A DNA stretch of 64,000 nt from an uncultured Desulfocicer sp. (GCA_964437395.1 CAYTGW010000001.1:4153-68152), one strand, 5' to 3'. Counted from the first letter of the stretch, positions 36,060-46,258 are shown. Notes: generated by a model from the letters alone, not told the origin. Program-made: numbers and translations.

Positions 36060-37223
36060 ATGAAGAACAAAGTGAAAAAACAGATCAGTGGATTTTCGGA
36101 AATCGAAAAAGAGATTGAAATTCTCAGAAAACATGCATTGGACCGATCCGTTGAAAAAGGTCAGGTGAGCCGGATCATCCATCGCCTGCATCCCCGGAAG
36201 CTGAATCTTGCGGTATCGGAAATCCATCCGGAAACATCTTCAGCCAAAACACTCAGGCTGGTGTCGCAGGATCAGTATCTGCCGCCTTTTCAGGCGGGTC
36301 AGTATATCAATCTGTTTCTGGATGTAGACAATATACGGACCAGTCGTCCTTACAGCATATCCTCGTCGCCATGTCAGACCGCCTATTATGATATCACGGT
36401 GCGCCGGGTAAAAAACGGTTTTTTTTCAAATTATCTGTTGGATGAAATCAAGCCTGGTGATGTTTTTCAGAGCACCTCGCCGGCCGGGTATTTCCATCAC
36501 AACCCGCTTTTTCATGGCAAGGATCTGGTCTTTCTTGCCGGGGGCAGCGGTATCACGCCGTTCATGAGCATGGTTCGGGAAGTCACGGACAAAAAGCTTG
36601 ACCAACAGATTCATCTGATTTACGGGTCGCAGCGGGATGATGATATCATTTTCAGGCAGGAGTTGTCGGAAAGGGTTTCAAACCATGCAAACCTTTTCGT
36701 AACCCATGTGATCACGGAACCCTCTTCTTCCTTTTCCGGGTATAAAGGATTCATCACCGCTGAGCGGATTCAGACGGTTCTGGAAAATCAGAACGTAAAG
36801 GATAAAATGTTCTACCTCTGCGGACCGGAAGCCATGTATGGTTTTGTTCTTTCTCAACTGGAAAAACTGGGAATACCGAGACGCAGAATCCGTATTGAGA
36901 TTTATGGTCCCCCTGAAGATATCACGGCTCATCCTGGATGGCCGGAAACCATTCAAAAAGAGGACCGGTTTCAGATCCGGCTTTCTCAGGGTAGAACATT
37001 TGAAGCAAAGGCCGGGGAAACACTGATGAATTCTTTGGAAAGAAACCGGATAACCCTTGAAACCTCATGCAGATCGGGTGTTTGCAGCCTATGCAGAACC
37101 AAACTTATTTCAGGGAAAGTTTTTCACCCGTCCGGCGTGCAGATCCGGAAATCGGATCGCAGATATGGATATATTCATCCCTGCATGGCCTATCCGCTGG
37201 AAGATCTGGAGCTGATGATATAG
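36060..37223 (+). CDS. Ferredoxin-NADP reductase-like flavoprotein with a C-terminal plant-type 2Fe-2S domain
   Basis: 387 aa. RPYSISS FAD motif, GGSGITPFMS NAD(P) motif, and a C-terminal CRSGVCSLCRTKL cluster. Confidence 0.8.
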   Translation: MKNKVKKQISGFSEIEKEIEILRKHALDRSVEKGQVSRIIHRLHPRKLNLAVSEIHPETSSAKTLRLVSQDQYLPPFQAGQYINLFLDVDNIRTSRPYSISSSPCQTAYYDITVRRVKNGFFSNYLLDEIKPGDVFQSTSPAGYFHHNPLFHGKDLVFLAGGSGITPFMSMVREVTDKKLDQQIHLIYGSQRDDDIIFRQELSERVSNHANLFVTHVITEPSSSFSGYKGFITAERIQTVLENQNVKDKMFYLCGPEAMYGFVLSQLEKLGIPRRRIRIEIYGPPEDITAHPGWPETIQKEDRFQIRLSQGRTFEAKAGETLMNSLERNRITLETSCRSGVCSLCRTKLISGKVFHPSGVQIRKSDRRYGYIHPCMAYPLEDLELMI

Positions 37224-37322
37224 AAAGGCCTTGAGTATCTATACAAAAGAATCCATCCGAGATAATGGGGGTCTGAAAAGACCAAAGTTTCAATTGAACG
37301 ATCAACACGGATTGCTGAAATC

Positions 37323-37973
37323 ATGAAAATCTATTTGCAAAGAATTCAAAAACAGATCTGGCCGTTCATTCTCATCGGCATTGTTTCGAAAATCGTATTT
37401 CAGTTTCAGGGAACCTTGTTCAATGTAGACGGTTTGAAATCGTACCTGAAATATGCCGATATCTCCCTGAACTTCTGGCTTCGGTCGTTTCAGCTTTTTG
37501 GAGAGTTTATTGCACCGGCAATCATTGCCTATTGCCTTGTAATTTTATATCTCCTCGCATTTTTTCATCGACTGATTCTGGGAAGGACAGGAGAAGGCGA
37601 TTCATTTTTTACGAAAATGATCATACTGCCCCTGGAAGAATTCACGAGCCATTTATCCGTTGCCACCCTGGGCCTTTTGATTGGCATATCCATCGGCGCC
37701 ATCCCCAATGGCATGAAAACGGTTTTTTCCTTTCTGATTTTTTCCCTGCACCCGCTTTTTTTTCTTATGTTTCTGGGAATCGGTGTAGGGTTTATCTATG
37801 TTCAAAACAAAACCATTGCCGGCCAGTGGATGGGAAACCATCTGCCTGGATGGCTCCGTTCACGGCTGGATGGCCTTTATCTGTTTTTGCTGTTTTTGAT
37901 CACCATTACTTTTCATACATGGATAGAGGAACAGATCCGATATCTTGGCCGGTGGCTGCTGAAACTGCTGTAA
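37323..37973 (+). CDS. Integral membrane protein, function unknown
   Basis: 216 aa with about six hydrophobic segments. Confidence 0.5.
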   Translation: MKIYLQRIQKQIWPFILIGIVSKIVFQFQGTLFNVDGLKSYLKYADISLNFWLRSFQLFGEFIAPAIIAYCLVILYLLAFFHRLILGRTGEGDSFFTKMIILPLEEFTSHLSVATLGLLIGISIGAIPNGMKTVFSFLIFSLHPLFFLMFLGIGVGFIYVQNKTIAGQWMGNHLPGWLRSRLDGLYLFLLFLITITFHTWIEEQIRYLGRWLLKLL

Positions 37974-38037
37974 GCCGCGTCCAATCGCTTTTCATCTTAC
38001 TTTTATCCGGAACAATCCCGGAAGGAGATTTTGTACT

Positions 38038-39063
38038 ATGCCCATCCCAGGAAATCTGCTTACAACGGCAATGGCTGTGATGCCGCACAAAGATCCGGAA
38101 AGAGCACTGGATATGGCGCTGTCTCTGGATATTCCGTTCTGGCCGCAGCTTCCCAACCTGAACTATTATGAAGACATGTATGTGCAGGCTTCAGAGCATT
38201 TTCCCGGGATACAGCTTGATCTGGATAACCGGAAGCTCGGCTTTTCCATGGAAGCTTTTGTAGCGGAGTATGAAGAAGCCCTGTCCCATTTTGAGGAACC
38301 GGAATTTTTTGATATCAGTCCGGAGTATTCCCAGGTTTATCATGCTTTTTTAAAAATGGACTTGTTGGATCGTCCGGCCATCCGGGGGCAACTGGAAGGG
38401 CCCATCAGTTTTGGGCTGAATGTTCTGGATCAGGATCAGCGTCCGATTCTGTTTGATGACAACATCCGGCCGTTGATGTTTGATTTCATGGCCAAGCGGA
38501 TCAACGTTCAACTGGAAAGGTTGAAACAGGTGAATCCCAATGCCTTCATGTTTGTGGATGAACCGGGCTTGCAGTTTATTTTCAGTGCATTGTCAGGATA
38601 TGACAGCACCAGGGCCTGGACAGATCTGGAGAAATTTTTTTCCATGATCGAGAGACCTAGGGGAATTCATCTGTGTGGAAATCCGGACTGGGATTTTCTG
38701 CTGAACCAGGATCTGGATATTTTATCCCTGGATATCTATCAGAATGGGGAGGTGTTTTCATCTTATGTGCCGTCCATTAAACGATTCCTGGATCGCGGCG
38801 GAATCCTTTCCTGGGGAATTGTTCCGACCAATGTCGAACCATTTGAGGCGGAAACTTTGGATTCTTTGCAGACCAGACTTATCAGCGTATGGGATTTTCT
38901 GGATCAGAAAGGAATCGATAAGGAGTTCCTGGTCTCCCGCAGCCTGCTGTCTCCGGCCACCTGCTGCCTAGTGAATCCGGATGGTGAAAAAACCGTTGAA
39001 AAAGCTTTTGGGGTAGTAAAGCAGCTGTCCAGAAGGTTGCGCGAGAAATTTCAATGTGGATGA
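38038..39063 (+). CDS. TIM-barrel protein resembling the cobalamin-independent methionine synthase C-terminal / uroporphyrinogen decarboxylase-like superfamily (tentative)
   Basis: 341 aa. The IRGQLEGPISFG, FVDEPGL and IHLCGN pattern is recalled from MetE-like and URO-D-like proteins. Confidence 0.45.
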   Translation: MPIPGNLLTTAMAVMPHKDPERALDMALSLDIPFWPQLPNLNYYEDMYVQASEHFPGIQLDLDNRKLGFSMEAFVAEYEEALSHFEEPEFFDISPEYSQVYHAFLKMDLLDRPAIRGQLEGPISFGLNVLDQDQRPILFDDNIRPLMFDFMAKRINVQLERLKQVNPNAFMFVDEPGLQFIFSALSGYDSTRAWTDLEKFFSMIERPRGIHLCGNPDWDFLLNQDLDILSLDIYQNGEVFSSYVPSIKRFLDRGGILSWGIVPTNVEPFEAETLDSLQTRLISVWDFLDQKGIDKEFLVSRSLLSPATCCLVNPDGEKTVEKAFGVVKQLSRRLREKFQCG

Positions 39064-39103
39064 AATTGTTTAGCGTAAAACAGATGGCCGCAATCAAAAT
39101 AAT

Positions 39104-39145
39104 ATGATTCGTAGGGGCAGGCCCCTGTGCCTGCCCTTTGTGTGG
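39104..39145. repeat. Short dispersed repeat with a GC-rich hairpin, placed between convergent genes (possible bidirectional terminator)
   Basis: ATGATTCGTAGGGGCAGGCCCCTGTGCCTGCCCTTTGTGTGG. Perfect 8-bp stem GGGCAGGC (39115..39122) / GCCTGCCC (39129..39136). A degenerate copy lies at 56281..56318. Confidence 0.55.
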
Positions 39146-39946
39146 TCAATATTCCAGCAGAAGTCCTACCGGACAATGATCAGAACCGAAAACGTCATTT
39201 AAAATAAAGGGTTCCTTGATCCAACCTCTGTCGATCAGATCCCGGGTGACAAAAAAGTAGTCAATACGCCACCCGGCATTGGTTTTCCGGGCATTGAAGC
39301 GCTGGGACCACCAGGAGTATTTCACCGTATCCGGATAGAAGTGGCGGAAGGTATCCACATATCCACGCTGAACAAGATCATCCAGCACATCCCGTTCAAT
39401 CTTCAGAAATCCCGACCGGTTTTCATTGGCTTTTGGATGCCGAAGATCGATTTCATTGTGAGCGGTATTGAAATCTCCCGTGATGATCAGGCTTTTTCCG
39501 CTACTTCGGAGTTTGTCTGCATATGCGAAAAAATCCTGATAAAAATTCAGTTTGTACTGGAGCCGATCTTCACTCATCTGACCGTTGGGGAAATAGATAT
39601 TGAAAACAAGGAAGTCGTTGAAATCCAGTTCCAGAATTCGGCCTTCATCATCATATCCGGCAATTCCGATTCCGGTTTTGACCTCTCTGGGTTTGATCCG
39701 GGAATAGGCTGCAACCCCGCTGTATCCTTTTTTGACTGTGGAAAAAGCCCAGAAGGATTCATAGGAAGCAATGTTGATCATGTCATGGGTTCGCTGATCT
39801 TCCTGAAGCTTGGTTTCCTGCAGAAGCAGGATGTCGGCATCCAGGTCTTTGACAATTTGAAGAAAGTTTTTCTTCATCACAGCCCGCAGGCCGTTTACAT
39901 TCCAGGAGATGATTTTGATCGGTTGTTTAGCCAAGGGGTTCCTCAT
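39146..39946 (-). CDS. xth: Exodeoxyribonuclease III
   Basis: 266 aa. IISWNVNGLRA, LLLQETK, GDFNTAH and SDHCPV motifs in ExoIII order. Confidence 0.9.
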   Translation of the reverse strand: MRNPLAKQPIKIISWNVNGLRAVMKKNFLQIVKDLDADILLLQETKLQEDQRTHDMINIASYESFWAFSTVKKGYSGVAAYSRIKPREVKTGIGIAGYDDEGRILELDFNDFLVFNIYFPNGQMSEDRLQYKLNFYQDFFAYADKLRSSGKSLIITGDFNTAHNEIDLRHPKANENRSGFLKIERDVLDDLVQRGYVDTFRHFYPDTVKYSWWSQRFNARKTNAGWRIDYFFVTRDLIDRGWIKEPFILNDVFGSDHCPVGLLLEY

Positions 39947-39961
39947 GGTTTTTTAATTGAA

Positions 39962-41854
39962 TTATAAAACCTCCATATAATAATCATCCTCAGCGGTCAA
40001 GCTGATCCATCGTTTCTGATGGCTTGTTTTCACGAAATTTACAAACAGGATATCAGGCGTGAAATTGGCAAACTGATCCTGCCATGTGTTGATTTCATGA
40101 TCCGAATGCCGAGTATCGATCAGCAGGCCGGAGAAACCGGACAGGGAGTCAAGATCGGTTTTATCCGGAAGGGTTGGTAGCTTCCACCAGAACACCTGCC
40201 GTTTCATCTCCCCATGAAAGAAAAGTTTTTCATGGGTCGAAACCACAGTGAACACAACAGAGCGGTTGCCGGATGCGCCATACAGAAAGCGAAGATCATT
40301 ATCCAGATAGTGGGGCCGTTTGATCTGGATAACCGAAAGAAGTTCTGTTGTGTGGATGGGGAAAGCCGGTTCCAGAAATACAATTTCAAAAGGGGTATGC
40401 GGATTTTTGCCGGAAACAATTGAAAGGCTTTTTTTCAAATAATTATGATCTGAAACCGGCTGTGTCACAAAGATCTGGTAAGGATGGGTCAGTCTATCAG
40501 AAAGATCTTCTATCTCGGCAAGTGTACGTTCCGGTTTGAGCATGAGTTTTGAAACATATTCCTGTCCATGGATAACAACCCTGTGGTCATCAACCGTCGA
40601 TTTCATGGAACCGGATTGGAACGAAACATCCATGTGTGGGTCCGGGAACAGGGAAATACGAAAAACTTCTTCCGCATAATCAAAGGCATATAACATCTCT
40701 TCCTGGGAAAAGGTCGGTGTGTGAAGAATCGAATAAGGAGGAGTATTGTCAAATGCAATCTGCAATTTGTTGCTGTTTTTCCGGAAATCCGTACCCGGCA
40801 GTATCGACAGGGGAAAGACCATGATGTCATCGAAAAGGTCGTGCTTTGCAATAAAATCAACTGATTGCTTGAATGTATCGAACGTGTCTCCGGGAAGACC
40901 CACGATCAGATCAATCCGGGAAAGGATCTCCCTTTCTTTGAGAAGGGCAGTACCTTTCAGAAAACGGGAAAGGTCGGTTCTGCGGTTCATCAGTTCAAGC
41001 GCTTTTGGATTGGTGCTTTGCAGACCAATTTCAAACATGGAAAAACCTGCATGAAGAAAGAGATCAGCCATGTTTTTGTCGATCTGTTCTGCACGGGTTT
41101 CCCCGGAGATAATGATGTTCCGTTCTGTATTGATTTCACCGATCTTCCGGAGAAGAGATGGCAGGTCCGGCCGGGAATTGAGAGAAGGGTCCAGAATACA
41201 CAGTTCATCAACCTGTTGATGGACTGCCCATTTCACGGCATCAATGACTACTTCTTCAGCAGCACTGGCCGTCTGCTTCATGGATTTATTGTAGTAGCAG
41301 AATCCGCATCGGAAAGGGCAGCCCCGCTGGGTTTCCAGGTACATCAGGCGGTTGATGGAAGGTTCCAGGAGTCCGGCCACATAGGGGCTTTGCGCAGATT
41401 GAAAACAATTTTCTGAAAACCCGGTTCCCTTTTTCAGGTCCCAGATCGAATCATCCACAAGAAGTTTTTGAAAAATGGACTCTCCTTCACCAAAGACGAG
41501 AAAGTCTGCAACCTCAAGGCCTTTCAGAGAGTTGTCCGGCGTTACTTCCGGCCCGCCAAAAATGATTTTCAGTGAGTATGCATCTTTGAGTTCTTGAGCA
41601 ATATGGATGGAGCGTTCAATGTTCCAGTTGAACAGCGAGAAGCCGACAATATTCGGTTTTTTATCTGTCAGAAGCCGGATCAGGGCGGAATCTCCCAGGT
41701 AGGAGGCCGTGCTTTCCGGAAGGATATCGATTGTGACATTTTCAATAGTATGAGCAGCCTGCTTCAGGCAGGCTGCGGCCATTGGAATATTTCCGGTTCT
41801 CCGGCCATAATTCAATTGGGGAATCGGAAGCTGGAGAAGGAGAATATGAATCAT
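39962..41854 (-). CDS. B12-binding-domain radical SAM protein with a long C-terminal extension
   Basis: 630 aa. N-terminal Rossmann-like B12-binding region, then the radical SAM motif GCPFRCGFCYY (Cx3Cx2C). The start overlaps the stop of the kinase gene (ATGA at 41851..41854). Confidence 0.8.
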   Translation of the reverse strand: MIHILLLQLPIPQLNYGRRTGNIPMAAACLKQAAHTIENVTIDILPESTASYLGDSALIRLLTDKKPNIVGFSLFNWNIERSIHIAQELKDAYSLKIIFGGPEVTPDNSLKGLEVADFLVFGEGESIFQKLLVDDSIWDLKKGTGFSENCFQSAQSPYVAGLLEPSINRLMYLETQRGCPFRCGFCYYNKSMKQTASAAEEVVIDAVKWAVHQQVDELCILDPSLNSRPDLPSLLRKIGEINTERNIIISGETRAEQIDKNMADLFLHAGFSMFEIGLQSTNPKALELMNRRTDLSRFLKGTALLKEREILSRIDLIVGLPGDTFDTFKQSVDFIAKHDLFDDIMVFPLSILPGTDFRKNSNKLQIAFDNTPPYSILHTPTFSQEEMLYAFDYAEEVFRISLFPDPHMDVSFQSGSMKSTVDDHRVVIHGQEYVSKLMLKPERTLAEIEDLSDRLTHPYQIFVTQPVSDHNYLKKSLSIVSGKNPHTPFEIVFLEPAFPIHTTELLSVIQIKRPHYLDNDLRFLYGASGNRSVVFTVVSTHEKLFFHGEMKRQVFWWKLPTLPDKTDLDSLSGFSGLLIDTRHSDHEINTWQDQFANFTPDILFVNFVKTSHQKRWISLTAEDDYYMEVL

Positions 41855-43659
41855 GCTTCTACTGGAATTGTGATTTTAAATGCAACCCCCTCCTCCGGCA
41901 CGCTGGTGCATTCGATTTGCCCATTGAGTTTCTGGGTGACAAGGTTATACACAATGTGCATTCCAAGCCCGCTCCCCCCCTGTCCCCGTTTGGTTGTAAA
42001 GAAAGGATCGAAAATTTTTTTTGCTATATTGGGATTCATGCCGACACCATTATCTGTGTAGTGAAGCACCATGTTGGAATCTTCCATGGTAACAAGGATG
42101 CTGATCTTTCCTTCTTCAATCCCCTCAAATCCATGAATCAGGGAGTTCATGACCAGGTTGGTGATAATCTGGGAGAACACACCCGGGTAGCTGTTGATCT
42201 CAAATGATTCAGGACAGTTTATGGCTATGGTGTGGCGGGTTCTCTTGTATTTGGGTTGCAGGCTGATCAGGATTTCACTCAGGTATCGATTCAGATCAAA
42301 TACACGTTTTTCATCATCGGATTGATCCACGGCAACCTGTTTGAAGCTGTTCAGCAGGTCTGCGGCCTGCGTCAAATTATTAAGTACCAGTGAAGCAGCT
42401 TCTTTTGCATTTCTGGAATATTTTTCAAACTCAGACCGGCTCAATTGTCCGGATAGGAACCGGTCATAAAATTTCTGTGTGGAATCATTCAGATAGGATG
42501 CAGACATCAGTCCAACACCAAGAGGCGTGCTGATCTCGTGAGCAACACCGGCCACAAGGTCTCCGAGGGCAGCCATTTTTTCCGATTGTACCAGCCGGCT
42601 CTGGGCTTTTTGAAGATTTTTCAGAGATTCGTTTAATGCTTTATTGGTATTTTGTAATTCTTCCTCTGCCTTTTTTCGTTCCGTAATATCTTTGGCAAAA
42701 GCCTGGAATCCAACCTGTTCGTTAACATGGTTTTTGTTTTTTTTAAAAAGAGATTCCGCTGTGATTTCAATCCAGAGGATTTTCCCGGATGCATCGATAA
42801 TTCTGATCTCATAGGGGGAAATTGTTTTTTCCCCGTTGATGGATGCCTGTATCTTGTTTTGCACGATCGGGACATCTTCTTTATGAGCCATGGGCATAAA
42901 CGGTTTTCCGATCCACTCCTCCAGGGTATATCCGGTCAGCTTCAGACAGGCCTGATTGGCATAGGTGAATCTTCCTTCCAGATCAATGGTAAACATTCCG
43001 ATGGGGGCGTTTTCGATAAACTCCCGATATCGTAATTCACTTATACTCAGGGCTTTTTCTGCTTTTTTTCGGTTTTCAATCTCTTCGAGAAGTTGTTTAT
43101 TGGTGGCAATCAGATCGGCTGTTCGCTCTTTCACTCGTTTTTCAAGGTCTGCATGGGCATCCTGCAACTGTTTCTGAATCTGTTTGCGAGCGGAAATATC
43201 CCTTGAAATACCAAGCAGTCCAACCGGGGTGCCCTGGCTGTCCCGGATCATGGAGATGTTGGATTCGGCCCATACAATGGAGCCGTTCCGATGATAAAAT
43301 TCAAGCTCAATGGTTGTGGGAATGGAATCATCCAGTTCGCCATGCTCTTCTTTCAATGCTTCCTGGTACAGGGTTCGCACGGCACGTTCCAGGGATTCAG
43401 ATGTCAACTGCTTTTCAATGGGAAGCCGTATATACTCCTCTGCCGTGTAGTTGAGCCATCGGGATATGGAGGGGCTGATGTAATAGGGTGTAAACAGAAA
43501 ATCGGTTGTCCAGATCACATCGGTGATATTGTCGGCAAGAAGCCGATATCGCTCTTCACTTTCCTGAGACACATATGCGGATTTAAAATACCGGAGGCTT
43601 GCCTCTTCCACGGTTTTGAATTTTTGATACAATTCAGCTTGTATTGTCTCAATATCCAA
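41851..43659 (-). CDS. Cytoplasmic multi-PAS sensor histidine kinase
   Basis: 602 aa. Several PAS-like segments, H-box VAHEISTPL, and N/G boxes (NLVMNSLIHG, DNGVGM, GGSGLGMHIV). Confidence 0.85.
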   Translation of the reverse strand: MDIETIQAELYQKFKTVEEASLRYFKSAYVSQESEERYRLLADNITDVIWTTDFLFTPYYISPSISRWLNYTAEEYIRLPIEKQLTSESLERAVRTLYQEALKEEHGELDDSIPTTIELEFYHRNGSIVWAESNISMIRDSQGTPVGLLGISRDISARKQIQKQLQDAHADLEKRVKERTADLIATNKQLLEEIENRKKAEKALSISELRYREFIENAPIGMFTIDLEGRFTYANQACLKLTGYTLEEWIGKPFMPMAHKEDVPIVQNKIQASINGEKTISPYEIRIIDASGKILWIEITAESLFKKNKNHVNEQVGFQAFAKDITERKKAEEELQNTNKALNESLKNLQKAQSRLVQSEKMAALGDLVAGVAHEISTPLGVGLMSASYLNDSTQKFYDRFLSGQLSRSEFEKYSRNAKEAASLVLNNLTQAADLLNSFKQVAVDQSDDEKRVFDLNRYLSEILISLQPKYKRTRHTIAINCPESFEINSYPGVFSQIITNLVMNSLIHGFEGIEEGKISILVTMEDSNMVLHYTDNGVGMNPNIAKKIFDPFFTTKRGQGGSGLGMHIVYNLVTQKLNGQIECTSVPEEGVAFKITIPVEA

Positions 43660-43837
43660 TTAAACCCCCACAGGTGTTCATATCGATTTTGATAAAATGG
43701 ATTGGCAGGAAAAGCTATCGTAAATTATTGCAGACCCCTGAATCTGTGTCAAGGCGGGAATGGAGGGTTTTTCTCTTTTGGTTGTGTTTTACCGGGAATT
43801 GCCGGGATTCAATGGACATGGTTGAATCCCGGAAAGA

Positions 43838-44683
43838 ATGATGATATCAGATCAGGGGTTATTGGATGGTAACCGGGTAAGGCAATTCCAGATTGATTTT
43901 TCAGGTGAAAGTATGGACAGTCCAGATCGTTGTTTGACAATCGAAAACAGACCGATAAAAGAGACAGAGCGTTTTCCGTTTCAGTGTCATTCCGGCTTAT
44001 CCTGCTTTACAGGCTGCTGCCGGAATGCAGATATGTATCTGTATCCATATGATATTGTCCGCATGAAAAACAGACTGGGGATCAGCTCCGGGGAATTTCT
44101 GGAACAACACACGGTTACGGCCATCCGGGGGAATCCCTTTTTCCCGAATGTGATGCTGAAAATGTCTGATCAGGAGGATAAGGCTTGTCCATTTTTATCC
44201 GGAAACGGGTGCCGGGTGTATGAGGACAGGCCATTTTCCTGCCGGGCCTATCCAATGGAACGGGGCGTCTCGCCTCTGGATCACATTGGCAACCGGGATA
44301 TCCTGCATTTTATTGCCATGCATTCCTATTGCAAAGGACATGGCGAAAGCAGGGAATGGACTGTCCGGGAGTGGATTGAAAACCAGGAGATTCTTCCGTT
44401 CATTGAGATGAATGATCTCTGGACCGATCTGGATGTGATTTTCAGAACAAACCCCTGGGGCGAACAGGGATTGAACGCCAAATCATTCAAGATGGCGTTC
44501 ATGGCCAGCTATAATATGGATGCATTCCGAAATTTTGTATTCAGCAGCAGCTTTCTGGAGCGTTTTGCCATATCGGAAGAGAGAATAAAGGATATCCGGG
44601 ACTCGGAAATCGCATTGCTGAAACTGGGGTTTGACTGGATCACCTTTTTTCTGACTGGAAAAGGCCCATTGAGTATTGGATAA
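43838..44683 (+). CDS. YkgJ-family cysteine-cluster protein (CxxCxxCC type)
   Basis: FQCHSGLSCFTGCCRN and ACPFLSGNGCRVYEDRPFSCRAYP motifs. The exact start is uncertain (alternative ATG at the MDSPDR position). Confidence 0.65.
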   Translation: MMISDQGLLDGNRVRQFQIDFSGESMDSPDRCLTIENRPIKETERFPFQCHSGLSCFTGCCRNADMYLYPYDIVRMKNRLGISSGEFLEQHTVTAIRGNPFFPNVMLKMSDQEDKACPFLSGNGCRVYEDRPFSCRAYPMERGVSPLDHIGNRDILHFIAMHSYCKGHGESREWTVREWIENQEILPFIEMNDLWTDLDVIFRTNPWGEQGLNAKSFKMAFMASYNMDAFRNFVFSSSFLERFAISEERIKDIRDSEIALLKLGFDWITFFLTGKGPLSIG

Positions 44684-44726
44684 TATTGTTGGTTTGCTTC
44701 TGGTTTATCAAAAAGGATTGTTGCAT

Positions 44727-45782
44727 ATGAGAACGAAAATTACAGAACTGTTTGGCATTCAGTATCCCATTATACTTTCCGGAATGACCGGTGTCAGCAC
44801 ACCTGAACTAGTTGCTTCCGTGTCCAACGCCGGCGGACTTGGAATCCTGGCCACCGGAAATTTGAATACCGATGAGATTCGGAATGCAGTCAAAAAGGTA
44901 AAACAACTGACCAGTAAGCCATTTGGAGCCAATCTTCCGCTGTTGATTCCCGGGGCGAGGAAAAAGGCCGAAGTTCTGATTCAGGAAAAGGTTCCGGTTG
45001 TGAACTATTCCCTGGGCAAGGGGGACTGGCTTGTTCAAAAGGTTCATTCGTATGGCGGAAAAGTGGTTGCAACGGTTGTAACCCACAAGCATGCAAAAGC
45101 TGCGGAAAGAGACGGTGCGGATGCTTTGATCGTAACCGGGCATGAGGCCGCCGCTCATGGGGGAGCGGTCACTTCTCTGGTATTGACGCCCAGCATCGCA
45201 CGAGTGGTAAACATCCCGGTCATTGCTGCCGGTGGTTTTGCAGATGGCAGCGGACTTGCGGCAGCCCTTGCCTTGAAAGCAGAAGGAATCGCCATGGGAA
45301 CGCGCTTCATGAATACCCTGGAGAGTCCGGTTCATGAAAACATGAAAAAACAGAGCATTGAAAGAAGTGTTCATGACACCGTATACTCGGATCGGATTGA
45401 CGGCCTTCCCTGCCGGGCCATGAAATCGCCGGGTACGGAGAAGCTGGTGAAGAGCAGGTTTGTCATTTTCAGAGCGCTGATCAATTCCAGAGATGCGGCA
45501 AAAGCCTACGGATTTCCCTGGCTCAAATTGACAGCAGGCATTATATTTGCCGGATATCGAAAGGCGATCACCCTGGCGCGGATGGCAAATGCATTCAAGC
45601 CGATTCAAATGGCCATGTCCCATGGAGATTCAGATCAGGGAGTACTCCTGCTGGGTCAGGTTACCGGCATGGTTGAGGACACGCCTTCGGTTTCTGATTT
45701 AATCAACCGGATGGTCAGGGAGGCGTGCGATGCAACTCGGACGCTTTCGGATAAACTGGGAAAGGAAATGATTCAGCAATAG
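44727..45782 (+). CDS. Nitronate monooxygenase / FabK-like FMN enzyme (NPD family)
   Basis: 351 aa from the ATG at 44727 (MRTKITELFGIQYPIILSGM), with GGFADGSGLAAALALKAEGIAMGTRF. Its last ~110 nt are duplicated at 47997..48106. Confidence 0.8.
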   Translation: MRTKITELFGIQYPIILSGMTGVSTPELVASVSNAGGLGILATGNLNTDEIRNAVKKVKQLTSKPFGANLPLLIPGARKKAEVLIQEKVPVVNYSLGKGDWLVQKVHSYGGKVVATVVTHKHAKAAERDGADALIVTGHEAAAHGGAVTSLVLTPSIARVVNIPVIAAGGFADGSGLAAALALKAEGIAMGTRFMNTLESPVHENMKKQSIERSVHDTVYSDRIDGLPCRAMKSPGTEKLVKSRFVIFRALINSRDAAKAYGFPWLKLTAGIIFAGYRKAITLARMANAFKPIQMAMSHGDSDQGVLLLGQVTGMVEDTPSVSDLINRMVREACDATRTLSDKLGKEMIQQ

Positions 45783-45849
45783 ATTGGCAAAAGAATGCAG
45801 GCGGTTCATTACTGTTTATATGATACACACGGATACCCGCCCGCAATAT

Positions 45850-46058
45850 CGCTCCATGAATAATTTTAAGACTGCGTCGTTCAAACTCATGGATAAGGGC
45901 TCGTAAGCAAAAAACAGGATAGGAGAAATAAACGAGTTGCCAGGTCTGCCAACTTTATGTAAATTAAATTCCTGCCAGTAGTTGATGCTGTTTTTTGCTG
46001 ACGATCCCTAACCCATTCAGACAGTGAACGACTCCGCTATAAAATCATTCATTCCGCT
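45850..46058. repeat. Left arm of a ~209-bp inverted repeat bracketing the Abi-alpha-like gene
   Basis: Block A (45850..45907, 58 nt) is the exact reverse complement of 47706..47763. Block B (46001..46058, 58 nt) is the reverse complement of 47555..47612 with one mismatch. The 93-nt core between the blocks has the same length in both arms but is diverged. Confidence 0.85.
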
Positions 46059-46258
46059 ATAGCCAGGATATCAACACGTTTACTGTGCTGCCGTAGTCAT
46101 GTTTTTGGTAACACAATCAATACATTTACGCCGCAGGATTTATATATTTTTATTGCAAGATAACTAAAAAACTAATATTTCTATCTCAAACACTTTTTTG
46201 TCTTCAATTAACCAACTTTAATATTAACTAATGCAGACAGGATAAAAGAGGGGGGTAA

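Noticed and set aside
45811-45830. TACTGTTTATATGATACACA, an SOS-box-like sequence at the left edge of the 45.8-kb island.
   Set aside because: Only the left half-site (TACTGT) matches. The right half reads ACAC instead of ACAG/CAGTA, and the spacing is off by one.
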